A DNA stretch of 63,335 nt, the filler included, from Octopus bimaculoides (lineage: Eukaryota): assembly GCF_001194135.2 (NCBI RefSeq). It is 7 parts of 6 records of this genome, joined end to end, with 100 filler letters (N's around TTAATTAATTAA, not from the genome) between each part and the next. Parts side by side here need not be neighbours in the genome. Positions count along the whole stretch, not along the records: positions 5,865 to 28,815 come from NC_068985.1; 6 more parts are not named here. The stretch is one strand, 5' to 3'. Shown here in pieces: positions 12,631 through 26,438 of this stretch. A model generated the notes under the pieces. That model did no database searches, had not been told where the DNA came from, and saw only the letters and a program-made list of their open reading frames with translations. Both the position numbers and the translations under genes were made by a program. Within the stretch, counting starts at the first letter, position 1. Each line of letters begins with the position of its first letter.

Positions 12631-13920
12631 TATCTTTTTCTCTATCTTCAAAGCCCATGATGGTACTTTCTTTGTTGTTTCGGTTTTATCCACTTTTTGA
12701 ATATCATTCATGTATTGCTTTGCAGTAGTAGCCAGAGCATATAGGCATGGGTATCTACCAGAATGTGGCTTCATCACACTGCTGTAAATACTGATCACCA
12801 ATTTCGTTAACAGCTTTCAATACCGTACCTGGTGGTTTTGTTTACTTACTTTGGTAGAGAATATTCTCTCCTCGAGGGATTACTTCAAAGCCAAAGTTAT
12901 TTTTTATCAGAAAATTTCACCGGTATGTAATCTTGACTACCATTACTACTACAATAAGGCGGCGAACTGGCCGAATCGTTAGCACGCCGGGCGAAATGCT
13001 TAGCGGTATTTCGTCTGTCTTTACGTTCTGAGTTCAAATTCCGCTGAGGTCGACTTTGCCTTTCATCCATCTTTCCGGGATCGATAAATTAAGAACCAGT
13101 TGCGAACTGTGGGCATCTAATCGACTGGCCCCTCCCCCAAAATTTTGAGCCTTGTGCCTAGAGTAGAAAAGATTGCTACTACAATAATCATTGCGGTTGT
13201 GCCTGCTATTTACCATAGTCGTAGTAAGGGGACAGTGGTCAGTTACTTTAGCCACTAATGTAGTTTGGCTGGCAAGCACTATGGAATCTGTTCGAATGTC
13301 GCTTGCTGCGAAACCACGTTGTGGTCTCACATAATTCACTTTTTCGTTTTTGTTTATAAAGTTGGGAAGAAGGTTAATTTTCGAATTTCTAATAAAGTTA
13401 CAGTTACTAACCTTTTTCCTATGTTCTACAAATGTTGCTTGTTGGCGTAGGTGCTTCGCAGTAAAATGATATAATTCTGGATGCAGATCGTCCCAATATG
13501 ATTTCAATCGATTCATATAGCCAACAGTGGGGTTTTATTTCGCTTTTTTTGTTGCAGTTAAATAGATCAGTATTCAATTCATAACTCCAAGAGAAATGAG
13601 CTTTGTAGTTACGGTTTCTTCTATAACTACAGCTAGAAAGAATCAGTTTACTTGTTGAACTGTTGTTTTCGTTCTGTTCCTCGATTGTGTTGTTGTTGAT
13701 GTATCTAGTCAAGATGTTTGTAGTAACTCTCTGCACGCTAAATTCAAGTTTCAGTCGAAAATCACTACGATCGTGAATAAAAGATTCCCTCAGTTAATTC
13801 ATCTGAAGATTAACCAGTTATTTAATAAGGCTGATTGTTGTGACTCCGAAGCTGGAAATAGCATTCATCGTATTTCCAATAAATCGTCTCACGCCAAATA
13901 CGCGACTTGTCGCTTTGAGT
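12631..13920 (-). mobile_element. Probable N-terminal region of an R4/Dong-like ORF, opposite orientation
   Basis: FSWSYELNTDLFNC...MNRLKSYWDDLHPELYHFTAKHLRQQATFV and KVPSWALKIEKKI resemble Dong N-terminal motifs (W..E.N..L..CY / M...W...HP / P.W..R.E.KI). Interrupted by a SINE. Confidence 0.5.
12957..13175 (+). mobile_element. Full-length SINE family A with 11-bp TSD
   Basis: GGCGGCGAACTGGCCGAATCGTTAGCACG...GAGTTCAAATTCC...GTGCCTAGAGTAGAAAAGA, flanked by CTACTACAATA at 12946-12956 and 13176-13186. Confidence 0.85.
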
Positions 13921-13997
13921 TCGTGTATGTATGTATGTATGTAGGTAGGTAGGTAGGTATATTATTACATATAAGAGACCAAAGTGTACGTACGCCG

Positions 13998-14034
<37 letters not shown>

Positions 14035-14599
14035 NNNNNNNNNNAAGAACGCAAAACATCCAGGCAGTTAGGTGATACAGGAAAGGGACAACAAAACATC
14101 CAGAAAGACGATACAAAGAAAACAAGGACGGGTCATTCGGAGTTTTCTTTCCCTAGTCATGTTCCAGATTATCTTTGCAATTTCGGCTGGTTATACTCGA
14201 AATTGCTCCAATCTGGCCAGCCCCAAGAAAAAACTAAGCTAAGAGCATTAGATTCCTTGCAAGAAAGCAGCGAATGTATACGAAAACAAGGACGAAAAAA
14301 AAACGGAGAAGGTTACACAAATACAAGTAACAAGACATAACAACAGGTGTCTTTCGACTAAGGACGAATTAAATTAAGCTGGCGTGTGTGGTAGTAAAAC
14401 CGTACGGCTGGGATACAAGATTTCACAGGCACAGGGAAGAATATAGATAGATATTGCACGGACAGCGGCTGAACCAAGAAAGAAAGGTCAGGCTTGGCCG
14501 AACACCGGTCATGTGTGTGCGTGGGCGCGTGTTTCGTGATTTCCTTCATAGTCACAGTTGATTGCCGTCTTCTTGAGCTTCATTTTGTCAAAAGCATTT

Positions 14600-15510
14600 C
14601 TGACTTTTCATCCATATTTCAGTCCAGTTGCATATTTGCATGGTTTGGAGCAGAGTTCACGGACGAAAGATGAGAATCGCTGTGGTTTCCAAATGGTCAG
14701 GTCTACACACACATCTCCACTTTCCCATTGCAATAGGACTTTCAGCAGGTGGTACGACGAATAAGTTCACCATAAGGAGACATCTGTATGTTATAGGATT
14801 ATAGTGCTTAAACGGTTGTACAACACGAGTAACACTCCCTGAGTCTCCGTGATTACTGCCTTGCGATAAGCCGAAGCGAGATGATCTGTAGTCATGTGAA
14901 GCTGCAGGTTGGACATCAGAGTATGCCTGTAACCGATTCGATTTCCTTTAGAATGGTCCCGACCGTCTCCACTTTTGAGGCGTCCGACAGCATGACGTTG
15001 GCGTCATTTGCGTACACAGACACTACCCTACGAGGTCCCAGTTCGAAAGGGATGCCCCTCAACTGTTCCACCCTCTGCAACAGTAACTTGAGAGCCAGCA
15101 CTTACAGAAGAGGAGACAGCAATGCGATGCAAAACAGTTCCAATAGGCAGCCGTTTACTTTGACCATCGAGCGGGTGCAGCTGTGAAATGTAGCGATCCA
15201 GCATCCGGAAGCAGATTCGGAACCAGGCCGCTATGATTTTGACCAAGGTGTTTGTGAAATGATTGCAGTTTTTTGTCGATAATCTGGTTGGGAAAGTGCA
15301 AAGGTACACAATCCCGAACAGGTCTATCTACGACAATCTCCACCTTATGTGATACATCGTAAAGAGATCTGGGAGTAAAGCAAGCTTTGGTGGGGACCCG
15401 GATCAATGTGGATCAATGAAATGCATTCGATAGGAAATTCAGTGAATTCATAGGGCAGACTTTCCAAAACGGTGATATGCGACTTGTGCAATCATTCCTT
15501 CTTTACCATC
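14600..15510 (-). mobile_element. Tx1/L1-clade LINE reverse-transcriptase fragment (decayed)
   Basis: Frameshifted motifs: TKACFTPRSLYDVSH (Q.CF.PGRSIYDN), VKVNG, LSPLL*VLALKLLLQRVEQLRGI and VSVYANDANV (YADD equivalent), in L1/Tx1 order. Confidence 0.7.
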
Positions 15511-15643
15511 TTTAAAAGAGGATCAATTCAACGAACAAACAATTCATAAAACGAATAAAAAACGAAGATAGAAAAAAATGAAAAGAAAAAAAAAACCAAC
15601 GTGAGGACGGGCACATCAGTTTGACGCTCGACGAAAGGAGAGA

Positions 15644-15678
15644 GTTTTAGCGTTTCGAGCATGGCTCTTCTTCGGAAA
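15644..15678 (-). ncRNA. Degenerate minimal type I hammerhead-ribozyme motif in a repeat (family H1)
   Basis: TTT-CCGAAGA-A-GAGC-CAT-GCTC-GAAA-CG-CT-AAAAC. Stem II is perfect; U4 and U16.1 are altered. Flanks match 19880-20040. Confidence 0.5.
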
Positions 15679-15988
15679 GGAGAAAGGGAAAAGTCCAGAG
15701 ATGAAGGAAAAAATGAAAATCGCCAACCGTCCGTGTGAAACATGTATGCATGTTGTTATTTCTCAACGCTACTGCTGTCTAGCACCTTCAGATGATCTCT
15801 ACTCAACCGCTACACAATTGCTACTCAACACATCTACCACGGCCAGACTACCTCTATTGACATGTCTTGGGAGATCCTACTTCTTCGCCTGGGGGCGTCG
15901 ACACAACACATGTATAGACGCAAATAAACATATATTCATACATGTACATACATACCCACATACGCGTATACACACACACACACACATA

Positions 15989-16078
15989 TATAATGAATGA
16001 GGGAAACGAAAATGGAGTTTATTAGAGTCTTTAAAATATTCTCTTGAACTCCATTTCCCGTTTCCCTAATTCATTATA
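15989..16078. repeat. 90-bp imperfect inverted repeat (hairpin / mini-MITE)
   Basis: TATAATGAATGAGGGAAACGAAAATGGAGTT...AACTCCATTTCCCGTTTCCCTAATTCATTATA; arms of about 38 bp, TA at both ends. Confidence 0.75.
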
Positions 16079-16431
16079 AACTCAGCGACCACGGCGGAAT
16101 TCCTGAGGTAGGTCCAGTGACACTTATATCAAAACTGTGGATGACGTCAGGGAGCCAAAACAGAGAAAGTGCTTTAATCGGCACACTACAGATCGTATAC
16201 CCAAAGTGCAAATAATTACTTCTATCTATCTATCTATCTATCCATATAGTTCATAGGTGAGATCCAGATATTCTCAGTATAGAATACACTTAGTAGTGCT
16301 CAACTGATTCAAACTTGAGCAGATATAGTAGTATCTACAGGGATAAGCAAATTTGACAGATCAATATATAAAGTATATTAAAATACAAAAAATGTGTTTA
16401 TGTCTACATATAAAATGGTCCAAACCTCTAC

Positions 16432-16462
<31 letters not shown>

Positions 16463-16545
16463 NNNNNNNNNNNNNNNNNNNNNNNNNNNNNNNNNNNNNN
16501 NNNNNNNNNNNNNNNNNNNNNNNNNNNNNNNNNNNNNNGAGAGAG

Positions 16546-16587
<42 letters not shown>

Positions 16588-16687
16588 CGAAATAGTTAAA
16601 ATTATAGTGCAAAATTACATGCAAACTTACATACATACATATACACACACAAACATACATACATACATGCGTGCATACATATATACA

Positions 16688-16718
<31 letters not shown>

Positions 16719-16924
16719 GAAGGAGTCTTGGATCTAGGTTAGAAACCGGCCTTTTCTCTGTTGTTTAAGAAATCTTGAAATAAAACTTCCTTCTTCATCT
16801 TGTTCATCTTCTTCGTCATCTTCATCTTCCTTTCGTTCATGTTGTTCATCTTCTTGTTCATCTTGTCCATCCTTTTCTTCTTCTTCTTCTTCTTCTTCTT
16901 CTTCTTCTTCTTCTTCTTCTTCTC

Positions 16925-16955
<31 letters not shown>

Positions 16956-17504
16956 GTTTTCTTNNNNNNNNNNTTCTTCTTCTTCTTCTTCTTCTTCTTC
17001 TTCTTCTTCTTCTACCGCTTTTTTTTTCTTTGTACTTCCTTCTTACTGTCAATGAAGCCCCTTCTCTAGGAGACATGTTGTCAGTCAAGAAAGACAATCC
17101 CCACACACCAGGGAACTTGGTGGTCCCCTTTTTCCGGTGAAGAAGCAATCTGTTCCAATATGTAGCTAATTACTCGGTTACCGGAACAGAGGAATGAGAA
17201 GGAAAGAGAGACAGAGATATAGTAACAGAGAAAGGAGGAGACGAAGTGGGAGTGGGAGTGGGAGTGACTGAGTGACGCATAGAGAGGGGATCATTGAGAG
17301 TTACAAGGTAGAATGGAAAAAGGGAGGGAGTGTGTCAGAGACATGGAGGAAGGAGGTAGAGACAGAGTGAAATTTTAAAATAGAGGCATAGGGTACCAGT
17401 GATAGATAGAGAGCAGTAGTAAGAGTTGCAGTAACTGGGGAAAGATGTGAGAGACAGAAAAAGAGAGGGTGAAAATAGGGAAACACGGAGAATACAAGAA
17501 TGAC

Positions 17505-17567
<63 letters not shown>

Positions 17568-18787
17568 AAGAGAGAGTGACGGAGATAGCTCTCTCTCTAT
17601 ATATATATACATATAATATACATATATGCATAATATATGTATATATATATATATATATANNNNNNNNNNNNNNNNNNNNNNNNNNNNNNNNNNNNNNNNN
17701 NNNNNNNNNNNNNNNNNNNNNNNNNNNNNNNNNNNNNNNNNNNNNNNNNNNNNNNNNNNNNNNNNNNNNNNNNNNNNNNNNNNNNNNNNNNNNNNNNNNN
17801 NNNNNNNNNNNNNNNNNNNNNNNNNNNNNNNNNNNNNNNNNNNNNNNNNNNNNNNNNNNNNNNNNNNNNNNNNNNNNNNNNNNNNNNNNNNNNNNNNNNN
17901 NNNNNNNNNNNNNNNNNNNNNNNNNNNNNNNNNNNNNNNNNNNNNNNNNNNNNNNNNNNNNNNNNNNNNNNNNNNNNNNNNNNNNNNNNNNNNNNNNNNN
18001 NNNNNNNNNNNNNNNNNNNNNNNNNNNNNNNNNNNNNNNNNNNNNNNNNNNNNNNNNNNNNNNNNNNNNNNNNNNNNNNNNNNNNNNNNNNNNNNNNNNN
18101 NNNNNNNNNNNNNNNNNNNNNNNNNNNNNNNNNNNNNNNNNNNNNNNNNNNNNNNNNNNNNNNNNNNNNNNNNNNNNNNNNNNNNNNNNNNNNNNNNNNN
18201 NNNNNNNNNNNNNNNNNNNNNNNNNNNNNNNNNNNNNNNNNNNNNNNNNNNNNNNNNNNNNNNNNNNNNNNNNNNNNNNNNNNNNNNNNNNNNNNNNNNN
18301 NNNNNNNNNNNNNNNNNNNNNNNNNNNNNNNNNNNNNNNNNNNNNNNNNNNNNNNNNNNNNNNNNNNNNNNNNNNNNNNNNNNNNNNNNNNNNNNNNNNN
18401 NTATTTTCAGAATCGGAATCTCCATAGCCTAAAACGTGGTATTCCGTAAAAAAAAAAAAATAATAAGTGGGGAAAGGTTCAGATTACATATAGTCCATCT
18501 GGACCGAAAGAAGGATGAAATGAAAGAGCGGAGTAGGGGAAGATTATGAGGAAGGGGTCATTTCATGAACGAAAACTTTAGGGTCCTCCTGACTTAATAA
18601 ATTAGCGAGTAGGAAGGGATTATCTTACCCATTCGTATCACTTCAATTTCAAGTTAATTCTATTAGATAATTTATCACACTCATTGATGCTGGGTTCTTC
18701 TACTTGTTATTTTTGTTGTTGTTAACTTGCTGTTGTTAACTTGCTGTTGTTGTTGTTGTTGTTGTTGTTGTTCTTCTTCTTCTTCTT

Positions 18788-18818
<31 letters not shown>

Positions 18819-18889
18819 GTGTTGTTTTAGTAGTTGCTTTTGCTCTTATTCTTGTTACATTATTTTTTTTCTTTCATTCTTTTGACTTC

Positions 18890-19133
18890 TTTCAGTCATT
18901 TTGACCGCGGCCATGCTGGAGCACCGCCTTTAGTCGAGCAAATCCACCCCGGGGGCTTATTCTTTGTAAGCCTAGTCCTTATTCTATCGGTCGCTTTCAG
19001 CCGAACCGTTAAGTTACCGGGACGTAAACATACCAACATCGGTTGTCGAGCGATGTTGGTGGAGACAAACACAGACACACAAGCACAGACACACATACAC
19101 ACACACACACACACACATACGCACATACGCACG

Positions 19134-19189
<56 letters not shown>

Positions 19190-19197
19190 CATATATA
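18890..19197 (-). mobile_element. SINE family B, 3' half, interrupted at its internal microsatellite by a mariner element
   Basis: TTCAGTCATTTTGACCGCGGCCATGCTGGAGCACCGCCTTTAG tail and central CA/TA tract that runs into the MITE TA site. Confidence 0.75.
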
Positions 19198-19199
19198 TA

Positions 19200-19751
19200 C
19201 GAGGGTGAGTCAAAAAGTAATGCCATTTTGTTTAGGACAGTTATAATTACCAACACAGGAACATGTATCGTACATTAAAATGCAGCTAGTCCGCTGAGGA
19301 TCACATTCCTACTTCTCAACATAGTCAACGTTTCTCTCAATAGCAATGTTCCACCTTCAAATAAGAACATGTATCCCTGCCCCGTAAATTTTTGTTGCCT
19401 GTTCTTTGAGTCACTTCTTCACTACAATTTTTACTTCCTCGTCACTGGAATAATTTAGCGCCTTCAGACAATCATCTCTTCGGCCCCATGAAAGAGAGTT
19501 TGAGTGGCAAAGATTATTCCAGTGACGAAGAAGTGAAAACTGTAGTGAATTAGCTCAAAGAACAGTCAACAGAATTTTACGGAGTATGATTCGAAGGTGG
19601 AACATTGCTATTGAGAGAAACGGTGACTATGTTGAGAAGTAGGGATGTGATCCACAGAGGACCAGCTTCATTTTGATGTATGATATATGTTCCTGTGTTG
19701 GTAATTATACCTGTCCTAAACAAAATGGCATTACTTTTTGACTCACCCTCG
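19200..19751. mobile_element. Mariner-derived fold-back non-autonomous element
   Basis: Terminal 41 bp are a perfect inverted repeat (CGAGGGTGAGTCAAAAAGTAATGCCATTTTGTTTAGGACAG) with TA on both sides. Both arms are the transposase 3' end (LFGPMKESLSGKDYSSDEEVK...RRWNIAIERNGDYVEK*). Confidence 0.9.
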
Positions 19752-19912
19752 TATATATATATGATTCACAATCAAGGTGCAGAAATGACATATTCCGAAT
19801 GAACAGGGCAATATAATCTAATGGTAGAAAGAATTTCGTGAAGCCACATGTGAATCGTTGACGATTGTTTTTCCTCCGTCTTCCTTTTCTCTTGGACTTT
19901 CCTCTGTCTCCT

Positions 19913-19947
19913 GTTTCTGATGAAGAGCTTTGCTCAAAACGTAAAAC
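19913..19947 (+). ncRNA. Minimal type I hammerhead-ribozyme motif (family H1), G12 mutated
   Basis: GTTT-CTGATGA-A-GAGC-TTT-GCTC-AAAA-CG-TA-AAAC. Stem I is GTTT/AAAC, stem II is 4 bp, there is a palindromic ACGT and a GUA cleavage triplet. GAAA is AAAA in this copy. Confidence 0.6.
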
Positions 19948-21100
19948 CACCTTTCTTTCCTTCTCCGAGCGTCTGCTAATACTATGGATGTACCACGTCC
20001 TCGCGTTGTTTTTTTTTTCTTGTGTTTGTTCTTCGTTTTTTGGGACTTACTATATATATATATATATACACCGGCATGGTCACATGCTTCCGGTCAATAA
20101 TCCTTTTCTTCCTTGGCTATCGCCGAGCAAACACGCGAACTACCTCGTCCCTACTTTCAAGTTCGTGCCTCATAGCGTTCATACACAAATAATGTTTCTC
20201 GTCTGGCCGTAAAGCCTTTTCTGTTTGTTTTCCTGTCTTGTTTTGTGTCCGCCACTACATTCCTCCATGGCAAGATTTAATTTGTGTATACAAATTTAAT
20301 TTGCGGTCCATGGGAAGAGCCGTTTTAACGATGCGTCCTGCNNNNNNNNNNNNNNNNNNNNNNNNNNNNNNNNNNNNNNNNNNNNNNNNNNNNNNNNNNN
20401 NNNNNNNNNNNNNNNNNNNNNNNNNNNNNNNNNNNNNNNNNNNNNNNNNNNNNNNNNNNNNNNNNNNNNNNNNNNNNNNNNNNNNNNNNNNNNNNNNNNN
20501 NNNNNNNNNNNNNNNNNNNNNNNNNNNNNNNNNNNNNNNNNNNNNNNNNNNNNNNNNNNNNNNNNNNNNNNNNNNNNNNNNNNNNNNNNNNNNNNNNNNN
20601 NNNNNNNNNNNNNNNNNNNNNNNNNNNNNNNNNNNNNNNNNNNNNNNNNNNNNNNNNNNNNNNNNNNNNNNNNNNNNNNNNNNNNNNNNNNNNNNNNNNN
20701 NNNNNNNNNNNNNNNNNNNNNNNNNNNNNNNNNNNNNNNNNNNNNNNNNNNNNNNNNNNNNNNNNNNNNNNNNNNNNNNNNNNNNNNNNNNNNNNNNNNN
20801 NNNNNNNNNNNNNNNNNNNNNNNNNNNNNNNNNNNNNNNNNNNNNNNNNNNNNNNNNNNNNNNNNNNNNNNNNNNNNNNNNNNNNNNNNNNNNNNNNNNN
20901 NNNNNNNNNNNNNNNNNNNNNNNNNNNNNNNNNNNNNNNNNNNNNNNNNNNNNNNNNNNNNNNNNNNNNNNNNNNNNNNNNNNNNNNNNNNNNNNNNNNN
21001 NNNNNNNNNNNNNNNNNNNNNNNNNNNNNNNNNNNNNNNNNNNNNNNNNNNNNNNNNNNNNNNNNNNNNNNNNNNNNNNNNNNNNNNNNNNNNNNNNNNN

Positions 21101-21503
21101 AGGAGGGGAGGAGAAAGGGGGAGGAGGTTGAGGTAGAGGATGATGAGGATAAAGGCGACGACAGCTACGATGATGATGGTGATGATGATGACGATGACGA
21201 CGTCGATGATGATGATGATTAGGAGGAGGTAGCGGAGGAGGAGGAGGAGGAGGAGGAGGAGGAAGAGGAGGTGGAGGAAGAGGAGGTGGAGGAAGAGGAG
21301 GAGGAGGGGGGATGAGTATGATGAGGATATAGACGACGATAGCTACGATGATGATAACGATGATGATGATGATGGTAATGATGATAACGCCGATGATGAA
21401 TGCGGCGGCGCTCATAACGATGCTCCAGAGACGATAAGTCTGAGGTTTTGATATAGTAAACAGTATTAGCAGTAACAGCAGCAGCAGCCGTAGCAGCAGC
21501 AGC

Positions 21504-21562
<59 letters not shown>

Positions 21563-21582
21563 CAGCAGCAGCAGCAGCTGCG

Positions 21583-21613
<31 letters not shown>

Positions 21614-21621
21614 CAGCTGCG

Positions 21622-21661
<40 letters not shown>

Positions 21662-21669
21662 CAGCTGCG

Positions 21670-21707
<38 letters not shown>

Positions 21708-21726
21708 TGCAGCAGCAGCAGCAGCG

Positions 21727-21770
<44 letters not shown>

Positions 21771-22030
21771 TGTAGTAGTTCCTGTTGTACTTTTGGTCCT
21801 GTTACAGGCATATTATTTCTCTGTACCTTTTGTTTTTTGGACATCAACAACAACATCATAATGATTACTACTGCTGCCACCACTGCCACCGCCATCATCA
21901 TCTTTGTCATCGTCATAATGATTATCATTATCATGGCCAGCACATTCTCCATCATCATCATCATCATCATCATCAACATCGTGATGACTACTGCATCCGC
22001 CATCTCCAACAAGGCCACCGCGATCTTCAT
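21101..22030. repeat. Compound trinucleotide microsatellite block (GGA/GAT, (GTA)n punctuated by GCAGCTGCG, CAT)
   Basis: Directly visible; source of the 591-aa pseudo-ORF. Confidence 0.9.
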
Positions 22031-22172
22031 GTCATGGTGAATCTCTGATGGCCGTCGGCACAGTCCACTCCATCACATCGCGTCAATAATTTTTTTTTTG
22101 AAACCGTTGTTGATATGACTATGTTGTTGTTGTTGTTGCTATTTTAAAGAAACACCATCATTACTGTCCTCT

Positions 22173-22220
<48 letters not shown>

Positions 22221-22799
22221 GCACACGTACACGTACAATATACATACACATAGACACACACACAAACATTCACAAACGAACGCACACGCTTATACATACA
22301 TACATATACATATACATATACGTTCATTCACACACACATGTACATGCAAATATAAGCGCACAAGCACATACAAACATACATACAAACATACATACATACA
22401 CGCATACACTCACACATACATACATGCATGCATGCATGCATACACACATACATACATATGTACATACATACCAACATACATGCATTTCATACACACACAC
22501 ATACATACATACAAGCATACATACATACATACAAACATACATACAAACATACATACATACAAACATACATACATACATACATACATACAAGCANNNNNNN
22601 NNNCATACACACATACATACATTCATGCATACATACATACATACACACATACATACATACATACACGCATACATACATAAATACATACATACATACATTC
22701 AAACATACATACAATACACACACACTCACGCATACATATATTGACTCATACGCAGGCACTCATACATAAGCATACACACACACACACTCAGACACGTAC

Positions 22800-23460
22800 A
22801 CACATATTAACCCGAAGATATTGAAAGATCAGAAATCACAAATGAATACAAATGGTTCCCCTGGGTTTGGCAAAGCAAGGGAATGATGGAGGAGAATGGG
22901 AAGAATTTTGGGTAAACGATGAAGAACAGCCATGTTAGGGAAGGTGTATGCGGCTTGCCAGAACCGAGGGAGAAGGGGTTCATAAGAAGAAGGAGACAAA
23001 TCTAACGTCTAAATGAAGGAAACGCTGATCAGCAAATTAATAGAGATGCTCCCACCTTTCGACCCACAGACTCCCCTGATTATTCGGGCATAATCCATTT
23101 ATTTAGGGTGCCATATTAATTTGTTATGTATGGCTCTTTGGATGGCGAATTAAATGGAACACCGGCAGCAGTAATGTATGACAGATCAAGTAAATGGTGA
23201 AGATATATTGTTTGGAGAAGCAACTGGAATCAACAGCAAAATCTAGAATAAGGAAGGACTTGCAATAAAAACATATTTTGGTGAGAGTTTTATGAGGACA
23301 GGAGAATTAGTTTCTAATTTAAATGCTCTCATTTCAATGGATATAATTTTCGAGTACCACTCAAATTATTAACTTTTGCATTTCCCCCACTAAACTTGGG
23401 ATGATTTCTGACAAAAACTGAGGTCTTGTGTATAGTAACTGCGGTATTTTCTTTCTCGTC
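22800..23460 (-). mobile_element. Highly decayed CR1/L2-like LINE 3' ORF2 remnant
   Basis: Fragmentary motifs on the minus strand in the expected order: QLL.YK...FSGG, IQRAI, RKVGASL, H.LP..LP. Many stops and frameshifts. Confidence 0.35.
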
Positions 23461-25169
23461 TAAGGTTTTCTTTCGTTTTTATTTGCTCTCAGTGTCTTCA
23501 TAATAGCGCACAAGCACATACAAACATACATACAAACATACATACAAACATGCATATATACACACATACACTCACACAAACATACATGCATGCATACATA
23601 CACACATTCATCCATACATATATACATACATACAAATATACATGCATTTCATACACACATACATACATAGTGATTAATTTTTCCTTCATTATTAGTGTTA
23701 TTCCTACATTGATAATGTTTAATTTTTCCTACATTATTTTACGATGCATTTTTCCTACATTATTAGTGTTATTCCTGCATTGATAGTGCTTAATTTTTCC
23801 TACATTATTTTACGATGCATCTGGATACATCATCGGTGTAATATTATTTAGGGTTCTTTGGTATTTAGGGCCTTTCAGTAATCAGATATTCTCTCACGAG
23901 TGACCCAACAAGGCTTGATTAAGGCCCTATCTAGTGTCCAGTTAGCATTATCCCAGAAAGCTCTATCCTATCTAGATTTCTCACCTCTTGACCTGTGGCC
24001 AACTTGCTGTAACGTCTGTTACCTCCGAATGGCGCTTTTTACGTGCCACCGGCCGAGAGCTGCAATTTTACTTATCACTGCTTGGTGCCCCTCCCTCCAT
24101 AATATCTGGGTTTTGTATACTAAGAGCTGTTTTTACGATAATATTTTAATTCCCAAAATGACTGCGAGTAAAACAAACTGTATTTTGTTAGGCTCATTTT
24201 TGAAAAACCATATACACACATGTATGTATGTATCTATATATGTGCACACTAACACTATAGTCTCGGCCCAAACAAATCCTTGTGAGTGGACTTGGTAGAC
24301 AGAAACCGAAAGAAGCACATTGTATANNNNNNNNNNNNNNNNNNNNNNNNNNNNNNNNNNNNNNNNNNNNNNNNNNNNNNNNNNNNNNNNNNNNNNNNNN
24401 NNNNNNNNNNNNNNNNNNNNNNNNNNNNNNNNNNNNNNNNNNNNNNNNNNNNNNNNNNNNNNNNNNNNNNNNNNNNNNNNNNNNNNNNNNNNNNNNNNNN
24501 NNNNNNNNNNNNNNNNNNNNNNNNNNNNNNNNNNNNNNNNNNNNNNNNNNNNNNNNNNNNNNNNNNNNNNNNNNNNNNNNNNNNNNNNNNNNNNNNNNNN
24601 NNNNNNNNNNNNNNNNNNNNNNNNNNNNNNNNNNNNNNNNNNNNNNNNNNNNNNNNNNNNNNNNNNNNNNNNNNNNNNNNNNNNNNNNNNNNNNNNNNNN
24701 NNNNNNNNNNNNNNNNNNNNNNNNNNNNNNNNNNNNNNNNNNNNNNNNNNNNNNNNNNNNNNNNNNNNNNNNNNNNNNNNNNNNNNNNNNNNNNNNNNNN
24801 NNNNNNNNNNNNNNNNNNNNNNNNNNNNNNNNNNNNNNNNNNNNNNNNNNNNNNNNNNNNNNNNNNNNNNNNNNNNNNNNNNNNNNNNNNNNNNNNNNNN
24901 NNNNNNNNNNNNNNNNNNNNNNNNNNNNNAGTTTAAGAAGGAATTTAATAAAAATGTTTTTTAAAAATTATATAAAGAAAATATTACAGGTTTCAATGAT
25001 GATTCTCATCTTATCAAATATCTTTTATAAAAATTTAAAGTATAAAGATTTTATCTTCTGTCTGGTGGTCAAAAATATGTCTGGAGATTTTTTCGTTGAA
25101 GTCTTCTTTAAATATAGTTCGGTATAGAACTCGAAGTGTTAGAGAGTAAGAGAGAGGGTGTAGTTGTCT

Positions 25170-26438
<1,269 letters not shown>

